The position numbers and the translations under genes are program-made. Source: a virus (Duplodnaviria; Caudoviricetes). From it: a stretch of 55,239 bases of DNA. The stretch is taken from the IMG/VR virus record IMGVR_UViG_3300045109_000002, positions 1-55,239 of that record, one strand, 5' to 3'. Below are positions 1-9,844 of this stretch, piece after piece (position 1 is the first letter of the stretch; every line of letters begins with the position of its first letter). The notes beneath the pieces were generated by a model. The model saw only the letters and a program-made list of their open reading frames with translations, was not told where the DNA came from and did no database searches.

Positions 1-1317
1 CTCTCCGCTGCAAACCACGCAGAGGAGGGCCGTTCCATCAGTGTTGTCCACGACGAATTTATTGGCATAGACAGGCCCTTGAATGTTTGCACCGCCATTG
101 GCTCTGATGGCTTGCAGGTGTACGTTATTTATTTCCGTTTCAGCAGTCGTCAGAAGGGCTGAATTCATTCCACCCTGGGTAACTGGAATGTATCCGCCGT
201 CAATCGTGAAATCTTCTAGGTACAGCGTCGTCATATTGCTGTTACTTATCCAGTAGCCATTACCTGTCATCGTTGATGTGGCATCGCAATTGTAGAGGAA
301 TGTCACATCGTAGCCGTCGCCCTTGATCTTGAAGCCCTTCCGACCCGTCGTGAAATTGAACATCGGCAATCCGCCGCTCGGAGTACAGACCATCCATCCG
401 CCAGCAGGAAGATAAATTGTTGGTACCGCTATTGGAGTCCCCGTGTTCGAGCGGACTTGCCCTTGCACTGCCGAGACCTGAGCGAGCGCGGCAGTGAAAG
501 CGGCAGCCAACGCGGCATCGTCGGGATGGCCCCAGGTACACTTTGCCGGTCCCGCAAAAGTCCTCACTGTACTCAACTGAGCGACATTTCCGCTAATGAT
601 GCTTTGGATTGTTGTACCGGCAGGGTAGAAGATGCCGTTAGTACCACTCCCAAGATTATCTGCACAGTTAAATCTCTTGCCTACATCGGCAGCGGTAAAT
701 GGCGTCACGCCAGCGATGGTCGTGCAGGTGACTTGGTTCCCTGTCGTCGTATTGTCGCAGCTTGCATTACTGCGTGTGTCATGGAAAGCCCCCGCATAGT
801 TGGCGACGTTGAATACCGGCCCTGGGCCTGACGTAGCCAATGGCAACGGTGAGTTGGGAGCGACCCCACCTCCAGGGCCACAGCCATTCGTACCGGCCCC
901 AAGGGATACGACTGCCTGACCGACGCCGCACGGTGGAGGGTTCGTCTCCGAGTTTTCCCAAAAGATGCGCGCTGCGTTGACGATGGACGCGGTGATGCTC
1001 TGGCTGGCGCCGGTGATGGTGACGGTTGATACGAAACCGTTCTCCCCATCGGAGGTAAAGAAGGCGAAGGTCCACTGGGTGCTGGTCAGGCCGCCGACGG
1101 TGATGGCGTTGGCGCCGGTGTTCGAGGGTAGGGTAGCGGAGAACGAACCGGTGCTATCAAGTGCCCCACCATAACTGGTCGGGAAGTTGGTGGTTCCTCC
1201 CCAGGTCGGCTGGAAGGAGGTCGGGTTGAATAAGTTGCAGACCCACGTGCCGTTGATATAGGGAGTCGTCTGGTTGTCGGTCGCGGTCCCGGTGACGTTG
1301 GTGTTGCTTCCCGCCAT
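1..1317 (-). CDS. Tailspike/receptor-binding protein with pectin-lyase-like beta-helix (3' end runs off the window; absent from the ORF track)
   Basis: Manual translation from ATG at 1317 (MAGSNTNVTGTATDNQTTPYINGTW...) stays open to base 1. It contains the beta-helix cap pattern DDAALAAAF...IYLPAGGW...KIKGDG, and its N-terminus resembles that of 1862-4564. Confidence 0.8.
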   Translation of the reverse strand, partial: MAGSNTNVTGTATDNQTTPYINGTWVCNLFNPTSFQPTWGGTTNFPTSYGGALDSTGSFSATLPSNTGANAITVGGLTSTQWTFAFFTSDGENGFVSTVTITGASQSITASIVNAARIFWENSETNPPPCGVGQAVVSLGAGTNGCGPGGGVAPNSPLPLATSGPGPVFNVANYAGAFHDTRSNASCDNTTTGNQVTCTTIAGVTPFTAADVGKRFNCADNLGSGTNGIFYPAGTTIQSIISGNVAQLSTVRTFAGPAKCTWGHPDDAALAAAFTAALAQVSAVQGQVRSNTGTPIAVPTIYLPAGGWMVCTPSGGLPMFNFTTGRKGFKIKGDGYDVTFLYNCDATSTMTGNGYWISNSNMTTLYLEDFTIDGGYIPVTQGGMNSALLTTAETEINNVHLQAIRANGGANIQGPVYANKFVVDNTDGTALLCVVCSGE

Positions 1318-1320
1318 TGG

Positions 1321-1650
1321 TCAACTCACATTCGTGAACTTGAACGGCACCGCTGGCGGGATGGTGCATTTGTCGCAGGGGAGGTATTTGTCACGCAGCA
1401 GGTACAGCACATGCCCGACCCCCGCAACCACGAGCATGCACCACGGATTATACACCTTTGCCACAAGCGAGACAGCAATTGTTGTCCACACTCCCAGGCA
1501 CAGGGGGCACGCTCGCAGCTCACCAAGCAGCTTGCCTCGGAACAGCCGGTCGAACACCTTTCCGTCATGCAGGAGCAACGTTAGGTGCGACTGGGCGGCT
1601 GCCAGGAACAGCACTTGCAATGCGCTCAAGTGTAGCGACATCGTTTCCAA
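1321..1650 (-). CDS. DUF1360-like small membrane protein with CPLC motif and a second CxxC
   Basis: Hydrophobic segments, LGELRACPLCLGVW pattern and C-terminal PCDKC; the start could be 1641. Confidence 0.65.
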   Translation of the reverse strand: METMSLHLSALQVLFLAAAQSHLTLLLHDGKVFDRLFRGKLLGELRACPLCLGVWTTIAVSLVAKVYNPWCMLVVAGVGHVLYLLRDKYLPCDKCTIPPAVPFKFTNVS

Positions 1651-1852
1651 CGGTGACCTCCTGGGTGGCGAATGAGATGATGATGGGCACCGGCAGCCCT
1701 TGCCCGTTGTTGGAAGCTCTGATGCCCGCTTGTAAGATGGGGTCGAAGCCGATTTCGATGGTCTCCACCGTCACCTTGCGGCTCAGCAGGAATTGCAGGG
1801 CAGCCTCGCAGTGCGGGCACCCCTTTTGTACGTACATGCGTATGTCGGCCAT
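1565..1852 (-). CDS. Glutaredoxin/thioredoxin-fold protein (CPHC)
   Basis: IRMYVQKGCPHCEAALQFL and cis-Pro loop LPVPII; GAGG RBS upstream. Confidence 0.85.
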   Translation of the reverse strand: MADIRMYVQKGCPHCEAALQFLLSRKVTVETIEIGFDPILQAGIRASNNGQGLPVPIIISFATQEVTVGNDVATLERIASAVPGSRPVAPNVAPA

Positions 1853-1861
1853 TGGCCCTCC

Positions 1862-4564
1862 TTAGTTGCATACCCAGATAGAGTTCAGACTTTTCGCCAG
1901 CGCTCCGGTACCACCACCGGCACAGGGGTTGGTAATGGTGCAGTCGGAGCAGCCGATGAAGGTTACTCCGATGGGGGCGGCGCCGAGGTTTGCAAACGTC
2001 GTTGTGCCGGGTCTAAAACGTTGATTCCCGAACATGGAGACCTCTCCAGCAGCGGCGGTAGACGAAAAAATGGATAGGTTGTTCGCTATCTCGAATAACT
2101 CGTTGTCGGACTTTGTACCAGTAGGAATTTTGATGAGCGTCGGCCCATAGAAGTCCATCACAGCAGGGTTTGTGACTGAAGCATTCAGGGTGATGCCAGC
2201 ATTGACTGGATTTGTGTAGACCTTGCAAAGCCCTGAGTTCCAAATCCATTGACCATCCCCGACTGTCTGCCCGAACAAGACTCCTCCGCTAGAAAGCCCT
2301 GGAAATGGGGCACAAGTATCGCCTGCGCCAAACCCGTTGGAGTTCAAGTTCAATTTTACATTGCCGCTGAGTGCTCCACTTGAATTGGAGCGTTCCCACA
2401 CTCCATAGACATAGGCATCCCCGATTGTCAGCGGCGTATTGTTGTTGACGTAGAAATCGACAATTGACGTGCCAGCGTTCGATGTGACTCGGCCTGCTCC
2501 GGTAGTGCCGTCAGGCGCAGTTATCCCTGCCGTGATTGTACCAGCTCCAACCTCAAATACCCAAGACGCAGGCGCCGTGTTCGCTAGATTCGGTGAAATC
2601 ACAGCTACTGGGGAAAATCCGCGACGCGCCACGTCAATGCCGCCACCGGTTGCGCGACCAAAAATTCCGTACCCAGCTTGCCCCGCTCGCAGTCCGCTGA
2701 CCAATGGGTCGTAAACCGGAGTGCCGCCTAATAGCAATGCCGCCCCTTTAACACCAGCATCAACACGGGACACAACAGCAAAAGGCACGGTCGCGTTGTC
2801 GACCTGCACGCCTGGGACGGGCACGACATTGTCGGCAACTTCTAAGTTTTCTACGTGTACGTTCATGCCTATTCCGCTGCTGGTCAAAACTGATGATGGA
2901 ACAAGTACTGGAGGCATGTGAGCGTCAACATTGTTGCCCTCAAAAGTTCCATTCCTGACATATACGCCACCGCCGCCAGTTCCAGCAACGAGGCGCACGC
3001 CGCCGCTATTGAAGTTCCACTCATCGATAAAAATCAATCCCGAACCGCCACCCTTACCAGTGCCACCTCCAGGGTCTATGTTGACTGCTGCTTGCTGATA
3101 AGTGATGACTTGTCCGTTACCGCTTGACGCGTTTGGACCTACTTGAGCATAGGTAAATTGTGTACCAGAAATGACTGAAGCGACTGCAAACGAGCCATTG
3201 AAGCTAGTATCTGCGGCATTTTGAATGGTGATAAACTGTGTCGCCCCAGCCGCAATTGCAGTTGATGTTGTGGTGGTAACCGTAACGACACCTGAACTCC
3301 GGCTGAGGCCGGGCGTACCGGGGGCAGCAATTGTGGGAGCACCCCCAGGAGCGCAGCCTGTACCTGTAACGCGTTGGATAAAAATCCAGAAGGAGTTTGT
3401 GCCGATGTCAATTCCAGGGCCGCCGCCAGAACCGCAAGTGCCATGATTCCAAGACACACCGTCGAGCACGATGCTTGATACACCACCAGCCGAGGTTGTG
3501 CGATTGTTGTTTGAATCGATGCCAATCTTAGCGTAAGTAGAGCGGAAATCGTTGAGGTAGATGTTCTTCAGAGATATAGTGTTGGCATTGCCCGAAAACC
3601 ATAACGCGGGATGGAGTAAGTCGGTGTTCCCACCTCCAGTCATCTTGCAACTTGTAGTATGCCCATTAGAGGGAACGCGGTTCTTGTTGACGCATTCGAT
3701 GTTGATAGGCCCGCTTCGTAGTAGCCATCCAGAAGGTGGATTCCCTGCATTTGGGTCTTGCCCTCCCATAATCCACATTCCTTGATTTGCCGCAGGACCT
3801 CCGTAAGCAACGTCGCCGCTTAGCAACACGGTCCCACTCCCGGCGGTCGTACTAGTGCCTCCCGGTAGAGATTGGAGTGCCTTATAGACAGTCAGTCGCG
3901 CGCTCCCCCAAGACAGCCCGTCGTTGGCGTCGTTGCCGTTCGATGATACGTATTGGACAGGGTCTCCTGGGAGGGTTGGTTTGAGCGCGGCGTTTAGTGG
4001 AACCCCTCCAGGCCCGACCTTGAACCAGGCGGTGGAGACGCAATCGTAGAGGTCGCCCGTCAAGGTGTTGACGGCGGTCTGGGCAGCGGCGCAGGGGCCG
4101 GTGGGAACGCCTGCGAATAGAGTTGGGGCGCCGGTGAAAACGCCGGTGGGGTTTGGCAGGAGTGCTGCGACGGCCTTCAACTGCGCGCTGATGTCGATGG
4201 TGGTACCGCTGCAAGTGTTCGGCGTATTGGTGACGCAGACGATGGGTGAGGTGTAGTTGAAACAGGGGACTGGTGCCCCCGCCGGGAGGCCGAGGATGTT
4301 GCCGTTGGCGCAGATGCTGAAGTACCAGCTTGTACCGGTGGCGCCGCTGGTGGCAGCAATGACGCCATTGTCCGCCAAGGGGACGCTGAAAAAGCCGAAA
4401 CTGTCCAGGCTGCCGCTGATGGACAGCTCGAAGCTCTGGCCGTTCGCAAGGGTAGGTTGCTTGCCGGTAGGGCCGTTGACGAACGAGAAGTTGAAGGCCC
4501 CGTTCTGGTACACCCTTCCTGTAGGGTCGAGGACAGTGCCTGTGACGGTGGTGTAACCGGCCAT
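1862..4564 (-). CDS. Tailspike/tail fibre, 900 aa, Cys-rich
   Basis: G/T/N-rich beta protein; YVSSNGNDANDGLSW...TVYKAL beta-helix start motif; C-terminal CSDCTITNPCAGGGTGALAK...WVCN. Confidence 0.8.
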   Translation of the reverse strand: MAGYTTVTGTVLDPTGRVYQNGAFNFSFVNGPTGKQPTLANGQSFELSISGSLDSFGFFSVPLADNGVIAATSGATGTSWYFSICANGNILGLPAGAPVPCFNYTSPIVCVTNTPNTCSGTTIDISAQLKAVAALLPNPTGVFTGAPTLFAGVPTGPCAAAQTAVNTLTGDLYDCVSTAWFKVGPGGVPLNAALKPTLPGDPVQYVSSNGNDANDGLSWGSARLTVYKALQSLPGGTSTTAGSGTVLLSGDVAYGGPAANQGMWIMGGQDPNAGNPPSGWLLRSGPINIECVNKNRVPSNGHTTSCKMTGGGNTDLLHPALWFSGNANTISLKNIYLNDFRSTYAKIGIDSNNNRTTSAGGVSSIVLDGVSWNHGTCGSGGGPGIDIGTNSFWIFIQRVTGTGCAPGGAPTIAAPGTPGLSRSSGVVTVTTTTSTAIAAGATQFITIQNAADTSFNGSFAVASVISGTQFTYAQVGPNASSGNGQVITYQQAAVNIDPGGGTGKGGGSGLIFIDEWNFNSGGVRLVAGTGGGGVYVRNGTFEGNNVDAHMPPVLVPSSVLTSSGIGMNVHVENLEVADNVVPVPGVQVDNATVPFAVVSRVDAGVKGAALLLGGTPVYDPLVSGLRAGQAGYGIFGRATGGGIDVARRGFSPVAVISPNLANTAPASWVFEVGAGTITAGITAPDGTTGAGRVTSNAGTSIVDFYVNNNTPLTIGDAYVYGVWERSNSSGALSGNVKLNLNSNGFGAGDTCAPFPGLSSGGVLFGQTVGDGQWIWNSGLCKVYTNPVNAGITLNASVTNPAVMDFYGPTLIKIPTGTKSDNELFEIANNLSIFSSTAAAGEVSMFGNQRFRPGTTTFANLGAAPIGVTFIGCSDCTITNPCAGGGTGALAKSLNSIWVCN

Positions 4565-4571
4565 GGAGGTC

Positions 4572-4967
4572 TTAGCGGACGGTGACAGTCAGGTCGGTGG
4601 CAGCAGCAGTGGTGATGCACAGACCGGTGTTGAATTGCAGGTCATAGTTTAGCGAGGTACCAAGGGGCACGGTGGCCGCAGCGATGCCGATGGTGATGCC
4701 GCCGGAGCAATTGGCCGCAGCGGTGTCGAACAGGGAGATGAGGCCAGCGGTGCCGCCATTGATGGTGACGTTGTGCAGGGTGCCGGGGGCGCCCTTGATG
4801 AGGGTGTTGGTAGCGGCTACGATGTGCGTGTAAGTGAATCCGGCTTCAGCCATTTTTGGCCTTCCTTTTGGGCTTCCTAGGTATGCGTGCGACCCCAGCG
4901 CCAGCAAGGCAGCGAGGAGGGCGATCTTGGTGATCTGGATGGTACGCTCGAATTGGCGATCATTCAC
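4572..4967 (-). CDS. Putative virion structural protein with N-terminal hydrophobic segment
   Basis: Beta-rich G/T/A domain (GTLHNVTING...LQFNTGLCIT); lies in the late operon. Confidence 0.55.
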   Translation of the reverse strand: MNDRQFERTIQITKIALLAALLALGSHAYLGSPKGRPKMAEAGFTYTHIVAATNTLIKGAPGTLHNVTINGGTAGLISLFDTAAANCSGGITIGIAAATVPLGTSLNYDLQFNTGLCITTAAATDLTVTVR

Positions 4968-5143
4968 CGGTGTCCCTTGCGCTTCTTATGCCGGTATACA
5001 CCATGTCGGCCTAATCTGCCAGACTTTTCCATGCCGTAGGCTTCGCCGATGGCCTGCTTCTGAGGCACACCTTCATGGCGCAGATAGTGAATCTTCTCAC
5101 TGATGCGAGTTTGTGAACCACTGCGTTTCTTCTTACGCGCCAC
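4964..5143 (-). CDS. Small basic protein (59 aa)
   Basis: GTG start overlapping the upstream gene; MARKKKRSGSQTRISEKIHYLRHEGVPQKQAIG. Confidence 0.6.
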   Translation of the reverse strand: MARKKKRSGSQTRISEKIHYLRHEGVPQKQAIGEAYGMEKSGRLGRHGVYRHKKRKGHR

Positions 5144-5276
5144 GTTTCTTTCCCCGCTTGCGTCCGGTGCGCTTTGCGTGGCGTTTCTTGCCACGCTGCA
5201 TGAGCGTGCCAGCGTTGGCCAGTTTGTTTGCGGCCAGGTCCTTGATGTCGTCTCCAGGTGAGTCATCTCTGCGCAT
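5133..5276 (-). CDS. Small basic protein (47 aa; not in the ORF track)
   Basis: ATG abuts the TAA of 5277-7841; MRRDDSPGDDIKDLAANKLANAGTLMQRGKKRHAKRTGRKRGKKRGA. Confidence 0.6.
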   Translation of the reverse strand: MRRDDSPGDDIKDLAANKLANAGTLMQRGKKRHAKRTGRKRGKKRGA

Positions 5277-7841
5277 TTATTGGTACCTCCTCTTCCATTC
5301 GCGGTCGCGTTGCTTTTTGAGTTCGTCGTTAGGTTCGCGGACGAGAGACTGAATACCATAACGGCGCGCCTGCTCGATAACCTGTCCACCAGGAGTCAGC
5401 ATTTGCAAAGTCACCTCGGCAGCTTCTTTCAAGTGCTTCTTGAAGCGCTGTTCGTCGTTCTTTTCGTAGGCTTTCCAGGCGGCCTGGAGTTGCTGGGTGG
5501 CGCGGTGCGCCATGTTGCCGATGACGTTCGAGGCATTGACGATGATGGGCGAGGCAAAGTGCAGGAGGTGCACACCGGTCTTGTACTGGATAAGGGCGGC
5601 GGTGATGAGGGCAGCGGTGAACTTGGCGGCCTTTACGGGGTCATTGCGGACGCCGCGCATGGCCTTGAAGTACTGGTACAGGATGGACGTGGGGATGTGC
5701 TTGAACTGGAGCGACATCTGCGAGATGGCTTCGGTGGCGCCGAAGCCTCCACCTTTACCATATAGTAATGGGGTGTGGGCTGGGCTGGACAGGAAGCTGA
5801 AATTCTTCGCGTCGATGGCGGCCTTTTTCATAGCGTCTTCGGGAGCTAGACCTTCGCGGAGGTAGCGATGGTACTGGCCTTCGTAAGCAACCGAACGGTC
5901 GATGAAGTCGGCCATGCCCAGGTAGTTGGCGAACAGGTCGAAACGCTGCATGCCGCTCATGTATTTTAGAGGTACTTGTTGCGGAAGGATACCTACGGTG
6001 GCGGCGCGCTCGTAGGCGGCTTTGGGATTTTGCGCTACCTTCGCTACGCCATAAGCAAAGTCACGCGAGTTCATTTGCGGCCAGACGGTGGTGAGCAGGC
6101 GTGCAAGGTGCAGTTCTTGCAGGCGCAAGCTGAATCCCAAGGTCGAACGGATGGCGCCGTTCATTAGGGTGCGTACCATGCGGTAGGCACGCTGGTCTTC
6201 GTAGCCCCGGCGCACTTTGCCGGTATATTTGTCGAGGTAGGAGTCGGCGAACTGGCGCCAAGTGCTGTTGGGTGGGAGTTCCTTGAGGGCCGCTTCGGCC
6301 TCGAAGATGGCCGGGCGGTCGAACAGGACGCGCGAGACACCCCTCAGGTAGCCGGGCAGAAGCTTGCGAATGTCGTATTCGAGACGGTCGGGAGCGATGC
6401 GCCCTTTGCGGCGCAGGACGTTGCTGAACAGGCCACGGCCCCTGCTTTCCGTGGTTGGTTCAAGTGCGAAGCCTGCCGGTTGAGGGTCGTATTCGGTGCC
6501 GAAGCCGCTGCGCAGGGCGTCGCGGACTCGCTCGGGCATGGGTATCTTTTCCAGGTGCGGCAGGTAATTCTCGATGAAGCCGAAGCGGAAGGGTGCAGGT
6601 TGGCGCCCGCTGGCAAGGTGAAGCTGTTCCCAAATGCGCAGCAGTTGGATGCGCAGGTGCGTGGCTGCGGCAATCTCTTCAGTTGAGAACATGCGGCCGG
6701 TGCGGTTGGAAGTTTGCCCCATGGCCTGGTTGGGGATGGCCCAGCGGTCGAGAATCTCGCCAAGATGGTTGATGTTGCGGCCCCTGTTGAGCAGGTCACG
6801 GTCGAAGCCCTTGATGACTTGGTCGACCTGTTCGATGGCGCCCTTGAACCAGCGGGATTTGTTGACCTCGGCTTCGCTGATGAGTTCACCGACCTTGGAT
6901 GTTTCAGGGTATGGAGACTCGCGCAGGGTCTCAACAGGGTTCGAAAGCCAGTGGCGAACGCGGCCAACGATGGGGGGCATGCGGTTGTAGTACTGGATGC
7001 GCCAGTCTTCGTTCAGTTTTTGCTGGCGGGCGCGGTGTTCGCGGATGAGGGGGTCGTCGGTCGAGAGGTCTCCCTGGCCTGCGAAACTTTCACGGTGAGC
7101 CTGGACGCGCCTCTCGATGGCTGCTGGGTCAGTCATCTCGGCTGTCTTCATGCCTACAGTGCCACCCGTCGAGGGGTCCTTGAACAGGGTCAGGCCGCCA
7201 GCCTCGCCAGCGGGCAGGAGATTGTTCTGGTAGGCGACATGGTCCTGTTGCGTGAGCGGCCCTTTGGCGTTTTGAGCTTCACGTTGTGCTGCTGCGGCCT
7301 TGTGGCCTTTGACATAACCACGTCCACCGGCACCGGTCATGATGAGGCCGCCTACGAGGCCAGCAAGGGCAGCGGAGCGTTCGGTGGCGGACATGCGGTC
7401 CCAGTTTTCGTACAGGTCGTGGGCCTGCATGGTGGTGAAACCTGCGCCAGCGGCTGTGCTTACCGCTGGGCCTCCCAAGCGCATGGCGAGCTGGCCCGGT
7501 GAATAGAAGTCGGTGAGGGACTTTAGCGAGGCGCGGTTGAGGGTTGCGAGGCTTTCGGCCCAGTCGGCGCCTGCGGTGTATGGGTTGGGTGCGCCTGCGT
7601 GTTTGCCTTGGGCGCGTTCTTGCTCGAATTGTTGGTACTTCTCGTGGGCCTCGCCGGGGCGCAGAGTGGGGATTTTCTCGACCTCTTCGGCCTTCAGGGG
7701 TTCCCACAGGCGAGACCAGATTTTGTGGGCCAGGCCCTCCTGTGGTGAGGCTGCCGCTTTGACAGGGAAGAAGTCAGGCACCTTGGTGGCAGGTATGAAG
7801 TCAGGCTGCGCAGGAATGAACGATGGAGTATCTTCGGCCAT
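5277..7841 (-). CDS. Large internal virion/ejection protein
   Basis: 854 aa, predicted helical; last and largest of the gene series after the nozzle, as in podoviruses. Confidence 0.6.
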   Translation of the reverse strand: MAEDTPSFIPAQPDFIPATKVPDFFPVKAAASPQEGLAHKIWSRLWEPLKAEEVEKIPTLRPGEAHEKYQQFEQERAQGKHAGAPNPYTAGADWAESLATLNRASLKSLTDFYSPGQLAMRLGGPAVSTAAGAGFTTMQAHDLYENWDRMSATERSAALAGLVGGLIMTGAGGRGYVKGHKAAAAQREAQNAKGPLTQQDHVAYQNNLLPAGEAGGLTLFKDPSTGGTVGMKTAEMTDPAAIERRVQAHRESFAGQGDLSTDDPLIREHRARQQKLNEDWRIQYYNRMPPIVGRVRHWLSNPVETLRESPYPETSKVGELISEAEVNKSRWFKGAIEQVDQVIKGFDRDLLNRGRNINHLGEILDRWAIPNQAMGQTSNRTGRMFSTEEIAAATHLRIQLLRIWEQLHLASGRQPAPFRFGFIENYLPHLEKIPMPERVRDALRSGFGTEYDPQPAGFALEPTTESRGRGLFSNVLRRKGRIAPDRLEYDIRKLLPGYLRGVSRVLFDRPAIFEAEAALKELPPNSTWRQFADSYLDKYTGKVRRGYEDQRAYRMVRTLMNGAIRSTLGFSLRLQELHLARLLTTVWPQMNSRDFAYGVAKVAQNPKAAYERAATVGILPQQVPLKYMSGMQRFDLFANYLGMADFIDRSVAYEGQYHRYLREGLAPEDAMKKAAIDAKNFSFLSSPAHTPLLYGKGGGFGATEAISQMSLQFKHIPTSILYQYFKAMRGVRNDPVKAAKFTAALITAALIQYKTGVHLLHFASPIIVNASNVIGNMAHRATQQLQAAWKAYEKNDEQRFKKHLKEAAEVTLQMLTPGGQVIEQARRYGIQSLVREPNDELKKQRDREWKRRYQ

Positions 7842-8704
7842 TAGTTAGTACCGGGTGCGTACCAGCCTTTACCTTTGGAACCGTTCTCGCGGTAGATGTA
7901 GTTACCAGGGACATCTTTGGGCCGCTCAGGTCCGACGCCTATGCCGACCAAATCTTTCAAGTCACTGATAGCCCGCGAACCGGAACCACCGCCGGTCTTG
8001 AAGCGGATGCGGTTGCGGACCTGCTCAGCGGTGTCGCTCGACTGCTTGAGGCGCTGTTCGACTTCTTGGAGTTGCTGGTTGAGCTGCTTCATCTGGTCGG
8101 GCGTCGGTGGGTTGGTTGGTGAATACATGCGTGACAGAATCATGTTGCGTTCGGCGAGGGCATTTTTCATCCCAGAGACGGCACCGATGTAGCCAGGGTC
8201 GGTCTTGAGGGCGTTCCAGTCTTCCTTTTTCAGCTTACCTTGGGCGGCAATCTCGGCCCACTTGGTGTGCCAGCGGCCGGATGCGGCGATTTGTTCGAGC
8301 TTGTCCTTGCTCTTGAGCTTTTCGAGGTCGAGGGCTTGGTCACCTTTGAGGTCCTGGATGGCTGCTGCCTTGGGTGTGCCGACCTGGAGTTCGCGCTTCT
8401 CGCCGGTGGCGGGGTTGTACCAGATGGTGGTCCAAGTGCCGTCGGGGTTTTGATAGTCTTGGCCGACCTTGCTCCAACCGGCGTTCTTCAGGCGTTCCTG
8501 CTCGGCGGCATAGCGGCCTTGCTCGGCAATCTCGCGGGCCTTTTCCAGTTGCAGGCGCATCATCTCCATTTGCAACTGCTTGGCCAGCGCGCCTTGGCGC
8601 AAGGCGAGTTCGGAGGCTGCCTGCTTTTCGGCAATGTTCTTCGAGCGGGCGTCCTCAAATTGCTGACCTGCGCTGCCGAGCGTTTGTGCGAAGCTGCTTC
8701 CCAT
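7841..8704 (-). CDS. Internal virion/ejection protein
   Basis: Q/K/A-rich coiled-coil sequence; position. Confidence 0.55.
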   Translation of the reverse strand: MGSSFAQTLGSAGQQFEDARSKNIAEKQAASELALRQGALAKQLQMEMMRLQLEKAREIAEQGRYAAEQERLKNAGWSKVGQDYQNPDGTWTTIWYNPATGEKRELQVGTPKAAAIQDLKGDQALDLEKLKSKDKLEQIAASGRWHTKWAEIAAQGKLKKEDWNALKTDPGYIGAVSGMKNALAERNMILSRMYSPTNPPTPDQMKQLNQQLQEVEQRLKQSSDTAEQVRNRIRFKTGGGSGSRAISDLKDLVGIGVGPERPKDVPGNYIYRENGSKGKGWYAPGTN

Positions 8705-8714
8705 GTGGTGTCCT

Positions 8715-9344
8715 TTATGCGGTGGCTTGGCCGGGAGTCAGACCCCAGTTGAAAAGGTCACCGGCGCCGGAGCTGTCGGCAGGGGTGGTTGTGGGGAAGA
8801 AGATGTTGTCGAGTCCGGGAAGGGTGCCGGTGCCGGGAGAGCCTTCGCGGTTGGGGTTCTGGAAGCCACGAATGAGCATGGCGAACAGGGGGTTCATGTT
8901 TGCCTGGCCGGGCATGGGTGGCGGCTGGCCATGGATGGATTGCCACAGTTGGCTGGCTTGCTGCATGTTTTGCTGGTTGTAAGGAGCCAGCGCTTGGGCC
9001 ATCACTGAGGCCATGATGTTGGGGGATTCCGCGAGACCTTGGGAGCCGAGGTTGCCCTGGACTTGGTTCGACACGGCGGCGACAAGGTTCTGGTCGAGCG
9101 GCTGGGTCATGCGGGTGATTTCGTTTTGCGCGAGTTGCGGGTTCTTCTGGTACTTGAGCTGCTGGTTGATGTAATCGTTCTGCTTGCGCTGTCCGAGCCA
9201 GTTGGTGATGAATTGGTCCCCCAGGCCAGCGACGCCCAGGACCTTGCCGATGTTGCCCCAGTTGGCGCCGCCCGAGAAACCTCCTGCGGGACTGTTGGTC
9301 AGGTAGCCGCCGATGTTGGAAATCAGGTTGGTGATGGCTTCCAT
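8715..9344 (-). CDS. Internal virion/ejection protein
   Basis: G/Q/N-rich with amphipathic N-terminus; position. Confidence 0.55.
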   Translation of the reverse strand: MEAITNLISNIGGYLTNSPAGGFSGGANWGNIGKVLGVAGLGDQFITNWLGQRKQNDYINQQLKYQKNPQLAQNEITRMTQPLDQNLVAAVSNQVQGNLGSQGLAESPNIMASVMAQALAPYNQQNMQQASQLWQSIHGQPPPMPGQANMNPLFAMLIRGFQNPNREGSPGTGTLPGLDNIFFPTTTPADSSGAGDLFNWGLTPGQATA

Positions 9345-9844
9345 TATGCGTTCGCGCCTCCTTGCTGCAACTGCCCGAGCCAGTCGCTGATGTTGAACCC
9401 ACCCGAGCTGGGCGTGGCCAGCCCGGTGGTGTTGAGACCCCCCGACGAAGCGTTACCAAATGGTATACCTGAGCCGAAGCTGGGGGTGGTGCCAGGGCTG
9501 GAGGGACCGGTGGTACTGGTAGTACCGAAACTGCCTCCCCACTGCTGAGCGCTTTGTTGGCCGACGACACCAGGGTTGCCAGCGTTGGAGCCGTATTGGG
9601 ATTGTATCAGTTGCGAGAGGTAATCGGGGGCCACGCTGCCGCTGGTTTGGGTTTGCACGTCGCCCTTGGCTTGGCGGACGGCGTTGGCGAGTTGCGCTGG
9701 GTTGAGCTGGTTGGACTGGCGAAGTTGCTCGGGGGTCGGAGGCTTTGGGGAGCCGGGCTTGCTCACCTGAGAGTAAGCGAACTCACCGGCACTCGCTAGA
9801 GCGCTGATGATGGCGATGATAGCTGTAGCGCCCAGGTCAGGCAT
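9344..9844 (-). CDS. Small ejection protein
   Basis: Hydrophobic N-terminus followed by PxP and G/S/Q-rich tail; position. Confidence 0.55.
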   Translation of the reverse strand: MPDLGATAIIAIISALASAGEFAYSQVSKPGSPKPPTPEQLRQSNQLNPAQLANAVRQAKGDVQTQTSGSVAPDYLSQLIQSQYGSNAGNPGVVGQQSAQQWGGSFGTTSTTGPSSPGTTPSFGSGIPFGNASSGGLNTTGLATPSSGGFNISDWLGQLQQGGANA

